A DNA stretch of 64,000 bases from contig CAYZJA010000001.1 of the NCBI GenBank assembly GCA_964479005.1, positions 96,001 through 160,000 on the forward strand, read 5' to 3'. The DNA comes from an uncultured Candidatus Saccharibacteria bacterium. Lineage in GTDB: Bacteria; Patescibacteriota; Minisyncoccia; UBA6257. The first letter of the stretch is position 1. Every line of letters starts with the position of its first letter. The notes beneath the pieces were generated by a model. The model worked only from the letters and a program-made list of their open reading frames with translations. It was not told the DNA's origin and ran no database searches. Positions 39,927 to 50,373 of this stretch are shown here, in pieces. A program made the position numbers and the translations under genes.

Positions 39927-41196
39927 AAAATTAGGTATTTTTTCTTTTGAGGATTTTGTCTATGCCGGTTCTACTTTTGTGCTCGCGATGTATGTCATTT
40001 GTATTCTTGTAATTACTCTTTTCCAAATAACAGGGCAATCAGTAATTTTTAGCAGCCGTTTTTCACTCTGTTCTTTGGACATTCAATTTCCTTTTTTCTT
40101 AATTATTTGCATCATCCTGATGTATTTGAGTATGTTTATCTGGATTTTTATGGGATTTGCAGGTATATTTTATAGAAAAAAGGTAGATTTGAAGCAAGAA
40201 GATGATTCTACTCTAATATCAGTTCTTATCCCTGCGCATAATGAAGAAGATGTTATAGAAGGTATTTTGGGAGATTTAGTAGCGCAAGAATATAAGAACT
40301 TAGAGATTATCGTATTAGCTCATAATTGTACTGATTCCACAATATCCAGAGCGCAATCAGTAGATGATTCAAGGATTCAAATATTGGATATAAGAACTCG
40401 TAAGTCAGGAAAAGCATTAGCCCTTAACAGAGGATTAGAAGAAGTAAAAGGAGAAATTATTGCTCTATTTGATACTGACAACAGGATAAAAGATAAAAAA
40501 TTCTTTAATCGAGCAATAGTATATTTCAGAGACGAAACCATTGATGCTATCCAAACCGAACTTGCTACAAGTAACAGATCTGCTTCTTTGTTGACTTTTC
40601 TTCAGGAAGTAGAATATGATACTTTCTCTTCAATATCCTGGCGTGGTAGGGATGTTCTAGGTCTTCCTTGTTTTTTAGCAGGAACAGGTATTTTTATCCG
40701 AACAAAAACCTTAAGAGAGATGGGTGGATGGAAAAATTCCTTGGTGGAAGATTTTGAACTTTTTACTAGATTGACTTTGGAAAAGAAGAAGATAGTTTTT
40801 GCTGATAATCTTGTTGTTTATGATGAAAAACCGCCATCTTGGAGTGGAATAATGAAACAAAGATCACGTTGGATAAAAGGTCATTTGAAGGTTACTTGGG
40901 ATAATCTAGATAAGTTTGGAAATTGGTTGGACTATATTTATCGCTTGACTCCTTTAGCTGTTTTTGCATGGTGGGCATCAAATTTCCTATACTGGTTTTA
41001 CTATCTAACTGGCCAAATTTCTATTTTTAATGTAACAGGATGGATTTGGTTAAGTTGGACTTTTGCCTTCTTTGCTCTTCCTACTTATAATAGTATAAAA
41101 AAACGCAGTTGGAAAGGGGTTTTATTTTTGCCTGTTTATTGGTTCTTTGTTTTTCACTTGCTGTGGGCAAGTTTATACAGTTTAGGAGTGAAATGA
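39913..41196 (+). CDS. processive family-2 glycosyltransferase (polysaccharide synthase; cellulose/chitin/PNAG-synthase-like) with flanking TM helices
   Basis: GT-A fold motifs LISVLIPAHNEE and DTD (LFDTDNR), processivity motif QRSRW, multiple C-terminal TM helices. Confidence 0.8.
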   Translation: MRFFRKLGIFSFEDFVYAGSTFVLAMYVICILVITLFQITGQSVIFSSRFSLCSLDIQFPFFLIICIILMYLSMFIWIFMGFAGIFYRKKVDLKQEDDSTLISVLIPAHNEEDVIEGILGDLVAQEYKNLEIIVLAHNCTDSTISRAQSVDDSRIQILDIRTRKSGKALALNRGLEEVKGEIIALFDTDNRIKDKKFFNRAIVYFRDETIDAIQTELATSNRSASLLTFLQEVEYDTFSSISWRGRDVLGLPCFLAGTGIFIRTKTLREMGGWKNSLVEDFELFTRLTLEKKKIVFADNLVVYDEKPPSWSGIMKQRSRWIKGHLKVTWDNLDKFGNWLDYIYRLTPLAVFAWWASNFLYWFYYLTGQISIFNVTGWIWLSWTFAFFALPTYNSIKKRSWKGVLFLPVYWFFVFHLLWASLYSLGVK

Positions 41197-42353
41197 AACT
41201 TAGTAGGGAAATTGTAATAACGATTATAATTTTAATCTTTTTATTGGTATCTTTATCCGAATTTGGAGCAACTTTTTATTCTTCTATATCTCAAAAGCAG
41301 AAAAGTAGTAATTATATTTACGATGAGAAAATTATAGTTATAGATGAGAAAGTTATAGAAGATGAAAGACAGGAGATAGAGAATATTCAAATCAGTTTTA
41401 GAGGAATAGATTTCTATCCTGATCCTTATCCTTATTCTACTTCAGAAGCTTTTGATGCCTTAGAACAGCTCCTTAATTTTCAGGGAATGAATTATGTCCA
41501 ATTACGTTTTTTCCTAACTCAAGATTCTCTTACTTCCAACAAAGTGGTTTATGATGAAAAACAAGATATTACTCTAGAAAGCATGATTGTTATGATTCAT
41601 CAAGCAGGAAAGAGAGTATCATTACTGCCTGATATTATCATTAAAACAGGGGATTATGTAGCTAGTCTTAGTCCTGAAGATATTGAACAATGGTTTGCTT
41701 CTTATTATGATGCTTTAATGCACTATGCTATTTTGGCGCAGACATATGATGTAGAATTATACTGTATCGGTAATGAGCTTCATTCTTTATGGATAGAGGA
41801 TCAAAAATGGAGATACATTATTGATAAACTGAGAGAGCAATACAAAGGTTTAGTCACTACTAAACTTAACTGTTGGTGGCAGGAAAAAACATTCCAAAAA
41901 GTATTAACTTATGGTTGGCTGGAAAAACTTGATTATATTGCCATTGCTCCATATTTTGATCTAACGTGGGAAAATGATCTTTCTTTAGAAGAAATAAAGA
42001 GCAGCTGGCAGAATAGTCGTCATGGACTTAATATAGTAGCAGAATTGGAAGAAATCGCTAAAAAATATAAAAAAAAGATGATTTTTTCAGAGATTGGTTA
42101 TAGAAGCATTGATGGAACTACTATTGAACCTTGGAATAGTGATTCTATAGTACCTCGTTCAGGAGGAAGTGGTAAGATTGATTTAGAAGAACAATCCTTA
42201 GCTACTCAAGCTTTATTTGATGTTTTCAAAGATAAAGATTGGTGGGGAGGAGTATTCTGGTTCTATTGGCCGACTGTTAAACCAAATGAACAAGATAAAA
42301 CATGGGCTATATGGAATAAACCAGTACAGCTGGTTATTCAAAATAATTTTTGA
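41193..42353 (+). CDS. membrane-anchored clan GH-A-like glycoside hydrolase (TIM barrel; GH5/GH113-like)
   Basis: ATGA overlap with the GT2 gene; candidate catalytic pair IGNE ... FSEIG about 140 aa apart. Confidence 0.45.
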   Translation: MKLSREIVITIIILIFLLVSLSEFGATFYSSISQKQKSSNYIYDEKIIVIDEKVIEDERQEIENIQISFRGIDFYPDPYPYSTSEAFDALEQLLNFQGMNYVQLRFFLTQDSLTSNKVVYDEKQDITLESMIVMIHQAGKRVSLLPDIIIKTGDYVASLSPEDIEQWFASYYDALMHYAILAQTYDVELYCIGNELHSLWIEDQKWRYIIDKLREQYKGLVTTKLNCWWQEKTFQKVLTYGWLEKLDYIAIAPYFDLTWENDLSLEEIKSSWQNSRHGLNIVAELEEIAKKYKKKMIFSEIGYRSIDGTTIEPWNSDSIVPRSGGSGKIDLEEQSLATQALFDVFKDKDWWGGVFWFYWPTVKPNEQDKTWAIWNKPVQLVIQNNF

Positions 42354-42355
42354 AA

Positions 42356-42390
42356 CAAAGGGGAAGATTAATCTTCCCCTTTTATTTTTT
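42356..42390 (+). terminator. rho-independent terminator
   Basis: aaaggggaaga-ttaa-tcttcccctttt then T-run. Confidence 0.65.
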
Positions 42391-42486
42391 ATAAATATAA
42401 AATATTTTTATCATTTAATTTATAAAGCCAATGAAAGAGTTGGCAAATCATTATTAATATCATATTTTACTTAATTAAGAGTGGAC

Positions 42487-42680
42487 TTGACAAGAAAAAA
42501 AAAGTTTGCTATTGTGTTTTCACGGTGGGGCTTTTATTTTAGCCCCGCAGTGGGGCTTATGAATAATATTCAAAAAAGGGGATTTCATAATTTAAACAAA
42601 ATTTCTTTTCGATTTCTTGCGTTTAGTAAAATTGAAAAAGAAGTTTTTTGAGGTTGGCGTTTTTGCGCCAACTTTTTAAT
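42487..42680 (+). ncRNA. candidate promoter-to-terminator non-coding unit (~160 nt): promoter TTGACA-17-TATTGT at 42487-42515, terminator 42653-42680
   Basis: Same gGACTTGACAAG...GTTTGCTAT promoter architecture as the sRNA modules; hairpin GGGGCT...AGCCCC; only a weak 29-aa ORF inside. Confidence 0.3.
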
Positions 42681-42735
42681 ATTAAAATTAATAAAAAAAA
42701 TAAATAAAAAAATAAAAATTAATAAAATAAAAAAA

Positions 42736-43998
42736 ATGAAAAAAATAATAACAATTTTAAGTACTTCCCTTTTGATGTTTGCTTTTGTAACTTCAGTTTC
42801 CGCAGCAGCTCCGAATTGGAATGTCAGTGGAACATGGATGGCAGAGCATGAGTTCGGGGGGAATACTTACTCTCATGTAAACAACATTGTTCAAGCACTA
42901 GACGGTTCCCTGACGGGGACCGGAGGATGGGATGGTACGCAAAACGGCATCCCCGTTGGTACTCCTAATACATGGGAGATAACCAACGGTTCGGTTTCTG
43001 GTAACAACATTCAATTTAACTACCAATACAATACCGTCGAGTTATGCGCCAAGGATGGAGGTATTGATGCAGTAATTAATGCTGACGGTTCTATGACTGG
43101 AACATGGCATGATGATTGTGGTACTGGACGAACTGGCGCATGGACAGTCCCAGCAGGTTCCGCAGTCTATTTAAGAACTGCAGAAATTACTTCTCCAACA
43201 TCAGGAGAAGAAGTTTCGGGAATGGTTTCATTTGATGCAATACTAACTGACAAAGATGGTGATGATAGTGTTCAATGGGCAGTTCGTCAGGGTACTTGCA
43301 CTGCAGGAATAGGAACAGTGTTTGGTAATGTAGATGGTAAATCAGATATCTACACTTGGGATCATGTCAATTTCCATGCATCAGCCGATACTTCTTCCTG
43401 GGCTCCTGGAAATTACTGTTTTGTCTTTAATCCCACAGAGAGTGCTGGAGATATAGCTATTAGAGAGACACGAGAGTTTATCCTAAAAGACACTGTAGCA
43501 CCATTGGTAACGATAGAAAGTCCTAGTGAGGGTGATGTTGTTTCTGGTACAGTTGAAATTTATGGAACTGTTGTAGAATACTATATGCTAAGTCACTACA
43601 ATATCTCGGTTTATCCAGGTGATGCCGACTTTAATGATTTCAGCAAAAGAATAGCTCAAGCAACTATTTATCGCACTACGGGTTTTAGTAATGAATTAAT
43701 TTTCGCATGGGATTCAACTGGATTTGAAGATGGCGAGTATCTAATTAGATTAGCTGCTAGAGACGCTGCTGGTAATCGTAGTTATGATGGCGATGCATAT
43801 CTAGGTGGTGATGATTCACAGCATGTGATTAGAGTAACTGTGAATAATATACCAGACCTAATTGGTCCACCGATTAATAAAGATCAATGTAAAAAAGATG
43901 GTTGGAAGATATTTGATAATCCAAGTTTTAAGAATCAGGGAGATTGTGTAAGTTATGTCCAGAGTAATGAAAATGCAAAAGGAAATAAAAATAAATAA
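42736..43998 (+). CDS. secreted protein with Ig-like beta-sandwich domains (GC-richer composition)
   Basis: Signal peptide ...SVSAAAP; TVAPLVTIESPSEGDVVSGTVEIYG is Big-like; Lys-rich tail. Confidence 0.45.
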   Translation: MKKIITILSTSLLMFAFVTSVSAAAPNWNVSGTWMAEHEFGGNTYSHVNNIVQALDGSLTGTGGWDGTQNGIPVGTPNTWEITNGSVSGNNIQFNYQYNTVELCAKDGGIDAVINADGSMTGTWHDDCGTGRTGAWTVPAGSAVYLRTAEITSPTSGEEVSGMVSFDAILTDKDGDDSVQWAVRQGTCTAGIGTVFGNVDGKSDIYTWDHVNFHASADTSSWAPGNYCFVFNPTESAGDIAIRETREFILKDTVAPLVTIESPSEGDVVSGTVEIYGTVVEYYMLSHYNISVYPGDADFNDFSKRIAQATIYRTTGFSNELIFAWDSTGFEDGEYLIRLAARDAAGNRSYDGDAYLGGDDSQHVIRVTVNNIPDLIGPPINKDQCKKDGWKIFDNPSFKNQGDCVSYVQSNENAKGNKNK

Positions 43999-44023
43999 AA
44001 AATAAATAAAAAAAATAAAAAAT

Positions 44024-45772
44024 ATGAATAAACAATTATTCTCTAAAACGATTTCACTTTTCTTAGTTTTTTCTTTGGTGTTCGTAGGTGTTTCAATATT
44101 TTCACCAAATAATATTGAAGCTAAAGGACAGAAACCAAATAACAAAATATCAATTTGTCATAGAACTAGTTCTGCTACTAATCCTTGGAATGTAATTAAT
44201 GTTAGTGTTAATGCTCAAGATGCTCACTTAGCTCATGGAGATTTTCTTTATGAAGGTAGTTATCCAGTGAATTCTAAAGAAGCAGAGGAATGGTGTGGCA
44301 TGACTAGATATACTTGTAATGAAAGTACTTGGCAATGTGTAATTGATAACCAAGGTCAATATTCAAGTTATGATGATTGTTCAACTGTTTGTCAGGAACC
44401 AATGGCAACTGTAACAATTTGTAAATATGACGAAGAAAGGAATCCTTTAAGTGGATGGAAAATGATTTTGAAAGGGGATTTGCAAGACCAAGTAACTGTT
44501 TTTCCTGATGGGTCAGCATATTTGTCAGGAGATTTACCATTAGAAGATTATTTATTAATGGCTTCTGGTCAATATGTTTATAGGCCTGGAACTTTAGGGG
44601 CTGAATATTCTGATGCTGGCTATACTAAGAGGAATTGTCCAGGAGATGCTACTTATTTATGTAGTGGTCCCTATACCCCATGGTTTAATGTTTTTGATAT
44701 TATAGGTATTCATAAAGGATGGTTGGGGATTATGGTTAATGACGCCGCAACTAATTGGGGTTCTTACTTTAACTCTGCTCATACTTATGCTCTGGGATAT
44801 CCTAATTATAGTGGTTCATTATCTTTTACAATTAAAGATGATGTGTATAGTGATAATTCAGGACAATTAAATGTTGATATTTATAAAGGATATACTGGGG
44901 AGACAGATGAAAATGGTTGTATAACCTTTAATGATGTTCCTTTGGAAACTTATTCTCTTGAGGAAATTCTTAAAGATGGATGGCAAAATGTTAGTGGTTT
45001 AGGACAGATTGTTATTGATGAATCTCAAGAAACTTTTGATGTGATTAATAGTGAAATTAAAAGCGAAAAAGAACTAGCATGCATAAATTCAGGTGGCACA
45101 GTTGGAACAGGTATATGCTGCAAAAGTGTAGAAGGTTTTCCAAATGATTGTGCTACAGGAGCCTGCGGTTGTTCTGCAGGAGATAGCCATGAAGTTCAGG
45201 TTTGTAATTGTCCAGCAGGCAAATGTTTTGATGGAAATTCCTGCGTAACAAAATGTGAAGAAGGAATTAATCTTCTTAAAAACGGTAGTTTCGAATATCC
45301 GGAAGTAACTAATACAAGCAAATGGCAGTTATTTCCATCAGGGACAGCTCTACTTGAATGGGTAGTTGGATGGGTTAGCGCTGCTCCATCAGACCCTCCA
45401 ACAATTGAAATACAGAAAGGCGTAGTAGTTTCTCCTAGTAATGGACTTCAAAGCATTGAATTAGATTCAGAAGCTCCAACCTATATTTCTCAAGCAGTTA
45501 ATACAGAATCTGGCTATGGATATAAATTAAGCTTTGATTTTGCAGCCAGGCCTAATACTTCAGAAGAAGATAATAAATTAGAGGTTTGGGCTGATAGTAT
45601 TCTTAAAGATAGTATTAGCAGCAATACATCTTGGCAAACAAAAACATATAATTTTAATGCTACTTCTAACCTTACGGAAATCAAATTCGTGGATATAGGA
45701 ATTCCTAATACCGATTCAATGGGTACATTATTAGATAATGTTAAATTAGAATGTGTTCCGCCGGTTCTGTAA
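44024..45772 (+). CDS. secreted multidomain protein, shorter paralogue of the 1440-aa giant: Cys-knot module, ~210-aa prealbumin/CnaB-like tandem domain, C-terminal jelly-roll-like domain
   Basis: Signal peptide MNKQLFSKTISLFL...; the TVTICKYDEER...ETFDVIN block is >60% identical to 1440-aa residues ~810-1020; C-terminal NGSFEYPEVT...LDNVKLECVP matches NGDFESPEVT...LDNVSVRCVP. Confidence 0.5.
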   Translation: MNKQLFSKTISLFLVFSLVFVGVSIFSPNNIEAKGQKPNNKISICHRTSSATNPWNVINVSVNAQDAHLAHGDFLYEGSYPVNSKEAEEWCGMTRYTCNESTWQCVIDNQGQYSSYDDCSTVCQEPMATVTICKYDEERNPLSGWKMILKGDLQDQVTVFPDGSAYLSGDLPLEDYLLMASGQYVYRPGTLGAEYSDAGYTKRNCPGDATYLCSGPYTPWFNVFDIIGIHKGWLGIMVNDAATNWGSYFNSAHTYALGYPNYSGSLSFTIKDDVYSDNSGQLNVDIYKGYTGETDENGCITFNDVPLETYSLEEILKDGWQNVSGLGQIVIDESQETFDVINSEIKSEKELACINSGGTVGTGICCKSVEGFPNDCATGACGCSAGDSHEVQVCNCPAGKCFDGNSCVTKCEEGINLLKNGSFEYPEVTNTSKWQLFPSGTALLEWVVGWVSAAPSDPPTIEIQKGVVVSPSNGLQSIELDSEAPTYISQAVNTESGYGYKLSFDFAARPNTSEEDNKLEVWADSILKDSISSNTSWQTKTYNFNATSNLTEIKFVDIGIPNTDSMGTLLDNVKLECVPPVL

Positions 45773-45878
45773 GTTATAAATAATATCCGGCAATTACAAA
45801 AGAAAAAGTTGATAGGATTTAATGGCGAATTAACCGTTCATTTTAAATAAAAGATTAAAAAGTTAAATATATAAAAAA

Positions 45879-48800
45879 ATGAAAAAACAATTTTTCTCTA
45901 AAACATTTTCAATTTTCTTGGCACTTTCTTTTGTACTTTCTAATAGCGCAATGTTAGTGCCATTACAAGCTGAAGCTTGTGAGGAAGAAATATGCGAAGA
46001 CGTTATTGTGGTAAGTAATATAGAAGATAAGGTTTTTGATATTGCAGAAACTCTTCCCGGTGAAGCAGCTGTTCTTGCTTGGGATGATCATCCGGCATGG
46101 ACAGCGTATATTGAAGGCGCAAATTGGATTTGGAAGACAGAATATGTAGAAAATCCTGATCAAGACGAAACATATATATTTAAAAAAGATTTTGATATTG
46201 TTGGCATTCCAGATTCTGCAACATTAAAAGTTGCAACTGATAATTCGTATAGTGTTTGGGTTAACAATGTTTTGATTGGAGAAGTTATAACTGAAGATAA
46301 TCACAGTTCAACAACCCAAGATCAATATAATAATATCGTTGACTTTCATACCGGTTCAAATGAAATTAAATTTGAAGTTAAAAACTGGGCAGGAAATGCG
46401 TCACCGAAATTAAATCCTGCAGGTCTTTTGTATAGACTTGAGATTGTAAGATCTTCTTGTGAACCTCAATGTATACCTCAATCTTCTATAGAAACAGACT
46501 GTACTAATGGTTTAGATGATGACTGCGATGGTTTTATTGATAGTGAAGATTCTGATTGTCAGATGTTAATAATGGCTTCTAAAGTAATTTGTGATAATGA
46601 ATCAGATTTACCTAATTGGGGGACAGGATCTGGAGTTGACTATCCTTCATATAACATTGATCAAAACACAGCTTCGGATTATGTAGCTGAACATTCTGGT
46701 TGTTATTTAGCTTCTAATTGGTTTTTTCAATGGGGACAACAAGGTTCTGATGATTTTGGAAAAGACTTTTATGGAGAAGCTGGCAATGGCTACACTACTT
46801 TTGGGCCAACAAATGAAAATGGAGTAGCTAGTACAACAGTGGATTCTGTTACCGGTAGTTATTTGGAATTAAGGGAAGTTCTGCAGCAAGGTTATATTCC
46901 TTTTACGTATGACCAATCACATAAATCTAATGATAATAATATTTCTGCAGAATTTTATTGCCACAATGATATTCTCAATTATGATAACTGGGATTATATA
47001 AAAAATCCTCAATTAGGAATTACTCATTATTGCGTTGGATTTAATGCATTAATCGAACAAGAAGAACCAGAACCTGTTTGTGGAAATGAAATTATAGAAA
47101 CTGGTGAACAATGTGATCCACCTTCAACCACTGCTCCTAATTCTACTGATGAATATTTCTGTGACCAAAATTGTAATTTAGTTCCTATCTATCATTCTCT
47201 GGATGGTTGTCCAAAAAATCAAATCCTAGAATTTATTCAGTCTTATCAAATTCATTCAACTAGTACGACAGAAGTTATTATTCCTGTGAGTGGTAGCGAT
47301 ACATATAAGTTTGAAGTTAAAGGAACTTTTTATCCTACTCAAAATGGAAAAAATGAGAATTTCCTATCAGATGCCGCCTATACGACTGAAGATGGCTGGG
47401 TTTCAACTTCTACAAAATACGGAATTAAAGGCATACCACCTGATTATGCTGCCCATGCTTTATTAGGTGATTTAGGATTAGGGGCTGGAGTAATTAATTG
47501 GGGAGATTATGATTCTTCTCATGAATATGATTTCTCTTACACAATTCCTTCAGGCGCTACTTCTACTCAATTTGTGATAGGTGATAGATGGGATAATTGG
47601 TTTATACCAGATGATATTAGTTGGAATAATCAAGGCGGAATGAAAGATAATCTTGGAAATTTGACTTTAGATGTTTATGAGTGTAAGCCAATCCAAGCTA
47701 GATGTGATCCTAAGTTAGAATTAGTTATGAATGGCGATTTTGAGAGTCCTGAAGTGACTGATCTAGTAAAAAAATGGGGTATTTTTCCATCAGGGACAAC
47801 CGATTTAGAATGGTTAATTAATTGGAGAGAAATTTGGCCTTCAGCACCAAAAATAGCAAATCTTGAAATTCAGAAAAGTTATTATACTCCAGTAATAGCT
47901 CCTGTAGTTCCTGGAGATCCAGATCAATATGCTGAGTTAGATACTGATTGGCATGGTCCAGGTGGACCTTCTGGTGAACCAGCCTCAGTAGCTATTTCTC
48001 AAGATATTCCAACAATTATAGGGGAAACTTATAGATTAAGTTTTGATTTTTCACCACGACCATATACTGATTTAGAACAGAATCATTTAAAGGGTTTTGT
48101 TGATAGCGCTGAATTATTTGATATTTCTGCTGATGGTTCTGGTTTAACAGATACTTTATGGAATCAATATTCTGATAATTTTGTTGCTACAAGTTCAATA
48201 ACAAACATTAAATTTACTGATTATGGTACACCAGACTCTTTAGGCACTTTCTTAGATAATGTTAGCGTAAGATGTGTTCCTCAGGACGAACCTACTATGT
48301 ATCATTGTAATGAGGAATGGCAATGTATAGCAGATCCTGAAGGTGAATATAATACTGATAATTGTGACAATCAATGTATTAAACCTGGAACATCCACAGT
48401 TACTATTTGTAAATATAATGAACAAGAAGAACCTTTAAGAGGTTGGAAGATGATACTTAAAGGTGATAGGTATGATACAGTGCCTGTTTTTCCAGATGGG
48501 CAAAATTATTCTTCAAATCCTTTGCTATTAGGTGATTACTTAATTCAGGCTTCTGGTCAATATTTATATAGACCAGGAACACCTGGCGCTGAGTATTCTG
48601 ATGCTGGCTATACTAAGAGGAATTGTCCAGGAGATGCTGATTATTTATGCAGTGGAGATTATACCCCATGGTTTAATGTTTTTGATATTATAGGTATTCA
48701 TCAAGGATGGTTGGGGATTATGGTTAATGATAATCTTACTGATTGGGGGTATTTTACTTCTGACCATACTTATACTCTTGGCTATCCTGGTTATAGTGGT

Positions 48801-50201
48801 TCGTTCACTTTTACTATAAAGGATGATGTATATTCAGATAATAGTGGATCATTAACAGTTAAAATCTATAAAGGCTATGTAGGGGAAACTGGAGAAAAAG
48901 GATGTGTTACATTTAATGGTGTTCCTTATGGCGAGTATATAGTTGATGAAGATCTTCAAAGTGGTTGGATAAATCAAGATGGTTTAGGAAATGTTACAGT
49001 AGATGACCTAGAAGAAACATTTGATGTTGTCAATATTCCACCAGAAGGACAGATAGGTTCTTTAACTGTTTGTAAATATAGAGATCACGAACCATTTGGG
49101 GAATACAATACAGGTATTGATACACCTCTAACTTGGGAGATGAGAATTATTGGACCTAATAGTTATGATCAATTGTACGAAACTGATCCTCAGAATGGAT
49201 GCAAAACAATAAATAATTTAGAATATGGCCAATATGTAGTTTCTGAAGAATTGAAGATTGGTTGGGATCAAACTTATCCTCTTGATCCTAATACCCATAC
49301 CATTGATATAAATGGCGGTAATTCTAATCCATCAGTATATTTCTTGAATTATAAAACAATTGATAATGGTGGAACAAAATATGCTTGTAATGCAGAAGGG
49401 CAATGTATAGAAAATGAAGGGGGTAATTATACCACTTCTAATTGTGATGAAGAATGTAGACCATATCCATATACTTGTAATTCATCTACCTCAGAATGTG
49501 TACGTGATGTTCATGGCCAATTTGGTTTATTGCAAGGTTGTGAGGATGCTTGTAGGGTATCTACTCCATTAGGAGGTCAATATGCAATATTGGGAACAGT
49601 TTTGGGTGCTGCTACTGAAAAGGAAGAAGAACCTTGCGGTCTTTATCTTTTGGAATACATAAAGCTTGGAGGTGATAATAATCCTGAGGAAGTGAAGAAA
49701 TTACAATATTTCTTAAATGAATATCTTGGCATTAATTTAGAGATAACAGGAGTTTATAATCAAGCTACTTATCAAGAAGTTATGAGATTCCAGCTTCTTT
49801 TGAACGATGAAATTTTGGCTCCTTGGGTTGAAGTTAATTGTCTTCCATCTAGTAATATAGCTACTGGTTATGTTTATCGAACAACACAATGGAAAATAAA
49901 TATGATTGTTTGTCCAGAATTGAACCTTCCAGTACCGAATTTATATGATGAAACTTGTAAATATATTAGTCTATATCCAGGAGAAGGTGTAGTTGCTGGA
50001 GCAGCTACTTCTACAGTGGGTGGAACTAATGGAACTACCACAACTACCTCAACTACAACTCCTGAAACAATAGGAGATACTACAACAACTGTTCCTCAAG
50101 ATACTGGGGATGAGCAGTCACAAAATTGGATTTGGGTTTTGATTGGACTTTTAGTGATTGGCGGCGCAGCTTATTTGGTTTATCAAACTAGACAAGTATA
50201 A
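45879..50201 (+). CDS. giant (1440 aa) cell-surface protein: signal peptide, Cys-rich Myxococcus-type repeats (CGNEIIETGEQCD), a metal-binding-like CTNGLDDDCDGFIDSEDSDC, two prealbumin/CnaB-like blocks, a jelly-roll-like domain, a PG_binding_1-like domain, a Thr-rich linker and a C-terminal TM anchor
   Basis: Motifs read directly; C-terminus ...TTTTSTTTPETIGDTTTT...NWIWVLIGLLVIGGAAYLVYQTRQV. Confidence 0.55.
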   Translation: MKKQFFSKTFSIFLALSFVLSNSAMLVPLQAEACEEEICEDVIVVSNIEDKVFDIAETLPGEAAVLAWDDHPAWTAYIEGANWIWKTEYVENPDQDETYIFKKDFDIVGIPDSATLKVATDNSYSVWVNNVLIGEVITEDNHSSTTQDQYNNIVDFHTGSNEIKFEVKNWAGNASPKLNPAGLLYRLEIVRSSCEPQCIPQSSIETDCTNGLDDDCDGFIDSEDSDCQMLIMASKVICDNESDLPNWGTGSGVDYPSYNIDQNTASDYVAEHSGCYLASNWFFQWGQQGSDDFGKDFYGEAGNGYTTFGPTNENGVASTTVDSVTGSYLELREVLQQGYIPFTYDQSHKSNDNNISAEFYCHNDILNYDNWDYIKNPQLGITHYCVGFNALIEQEEPEPVCGNEIIETGEQCDPPSTTAPNSTDEYFCDQNCNLVPIYHSLDGCPKNQILEFIQSYQIHSTSTTEVIIPVSGSDTYKFEVKGTFYPTQNGKNENFLSDAAYTTEDGWVSTSTKYGIKGIPPDYAAHALLGDLGLGAGVINWGDYDSSHEYDFSYTIPSGATSTQFVIGDRWDNWFIPDDISWNNQGGMKDNLGNLTLDVYECKPIQARCDPKLELVMNGDFESPEVTDLVKKWGIFPSGTTDLEWLINWREIWPSAPKIANLEIQKSYYTPVIAPVVPGDPDQYAELDTDWHGPGGPSGEPASVAISQDIPTIIGETYRLSFDFSPRPYTDLEQNHLKGFVDSAELFDISADGSGLTDTLWNQYSDNFVATSSITNIKFTDYGTPDSLGTFLDNVSVRCVPQDEPTMYHCNEEWQCIADPEGEYNTDNCDNQCIKPGTSTVTICKYNEQEEPLRGWKMILKGDRYDTVPVFPDGQNYSSNPLLLGDYLIQASGQYLYRPGTPGAEYSDAGYTKRNCPGDADYLCSGDYTPWFNVFDIIGIHQGWLGIMVNDNLTDWGYFTSDHTYTLGYPGYSGSFTFTIKDDVYSDNSGSLTVKIYKGYVGETGEKGCVTFNGVPYGEYIVDEDLQSGWINQDGLGNVTVDDLEETFDVVNIPPEGQIGSLTVCKYRDHEPFGEYNTGIDTPLTWEMRIIGPNSYDQLYETDPQNGCKTINNLEYGQYVVSEELKIGWDQTYPLDPNTHTIDINGGNSNPSVYFLNYKTIDNGGTKYACNAEGQCIENEGGNYTTSNCDEECRPYPYTCNSSTSECVRDVHGQFGLLQGCEDACRVSTPLGGQYAILGTVLGAATEKEEEPCGLYLLEYIKLGGDNNPEEVKKLQYFLNEYLGINLEITGVYNQATYQEVMRFQLLLNDEILAPWVEVNCLPSSNIATGYVYRTTQWKINMIVCPELNLPVPNLYDETCKYISLYPGEGVVAGAATSTVGGTNGTTTTTSTTTPETIGDTTTTVPQDTGDEQSQNWIWVLIGLLVIGGAAYLVYQTRQV

Positions 50202-50373
50202 ATATCAGACAAGATTGAATCAAAAAACAGTGCTGATTTAGCATTTTTTGCGTCAATTTTTAGTAGTTGGACCTAAATATGAAATTTAGGTAGTAAAAAC
50301 TAATAGGTCGATCTTTGGTAAAAACCAAAGTAAAAAAATCAAAAATAACAAATTAAATTAATTAAAAATTAAA

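Noticed and set aside
42217-42474. 85-aa ORF spanning the GH gene end and its terminator
   Set aside because: It overlaps the 3' end of the hydrolase gene and runs through the intrinsic terminator. Its composition matches non-coding AT-rich sequence.
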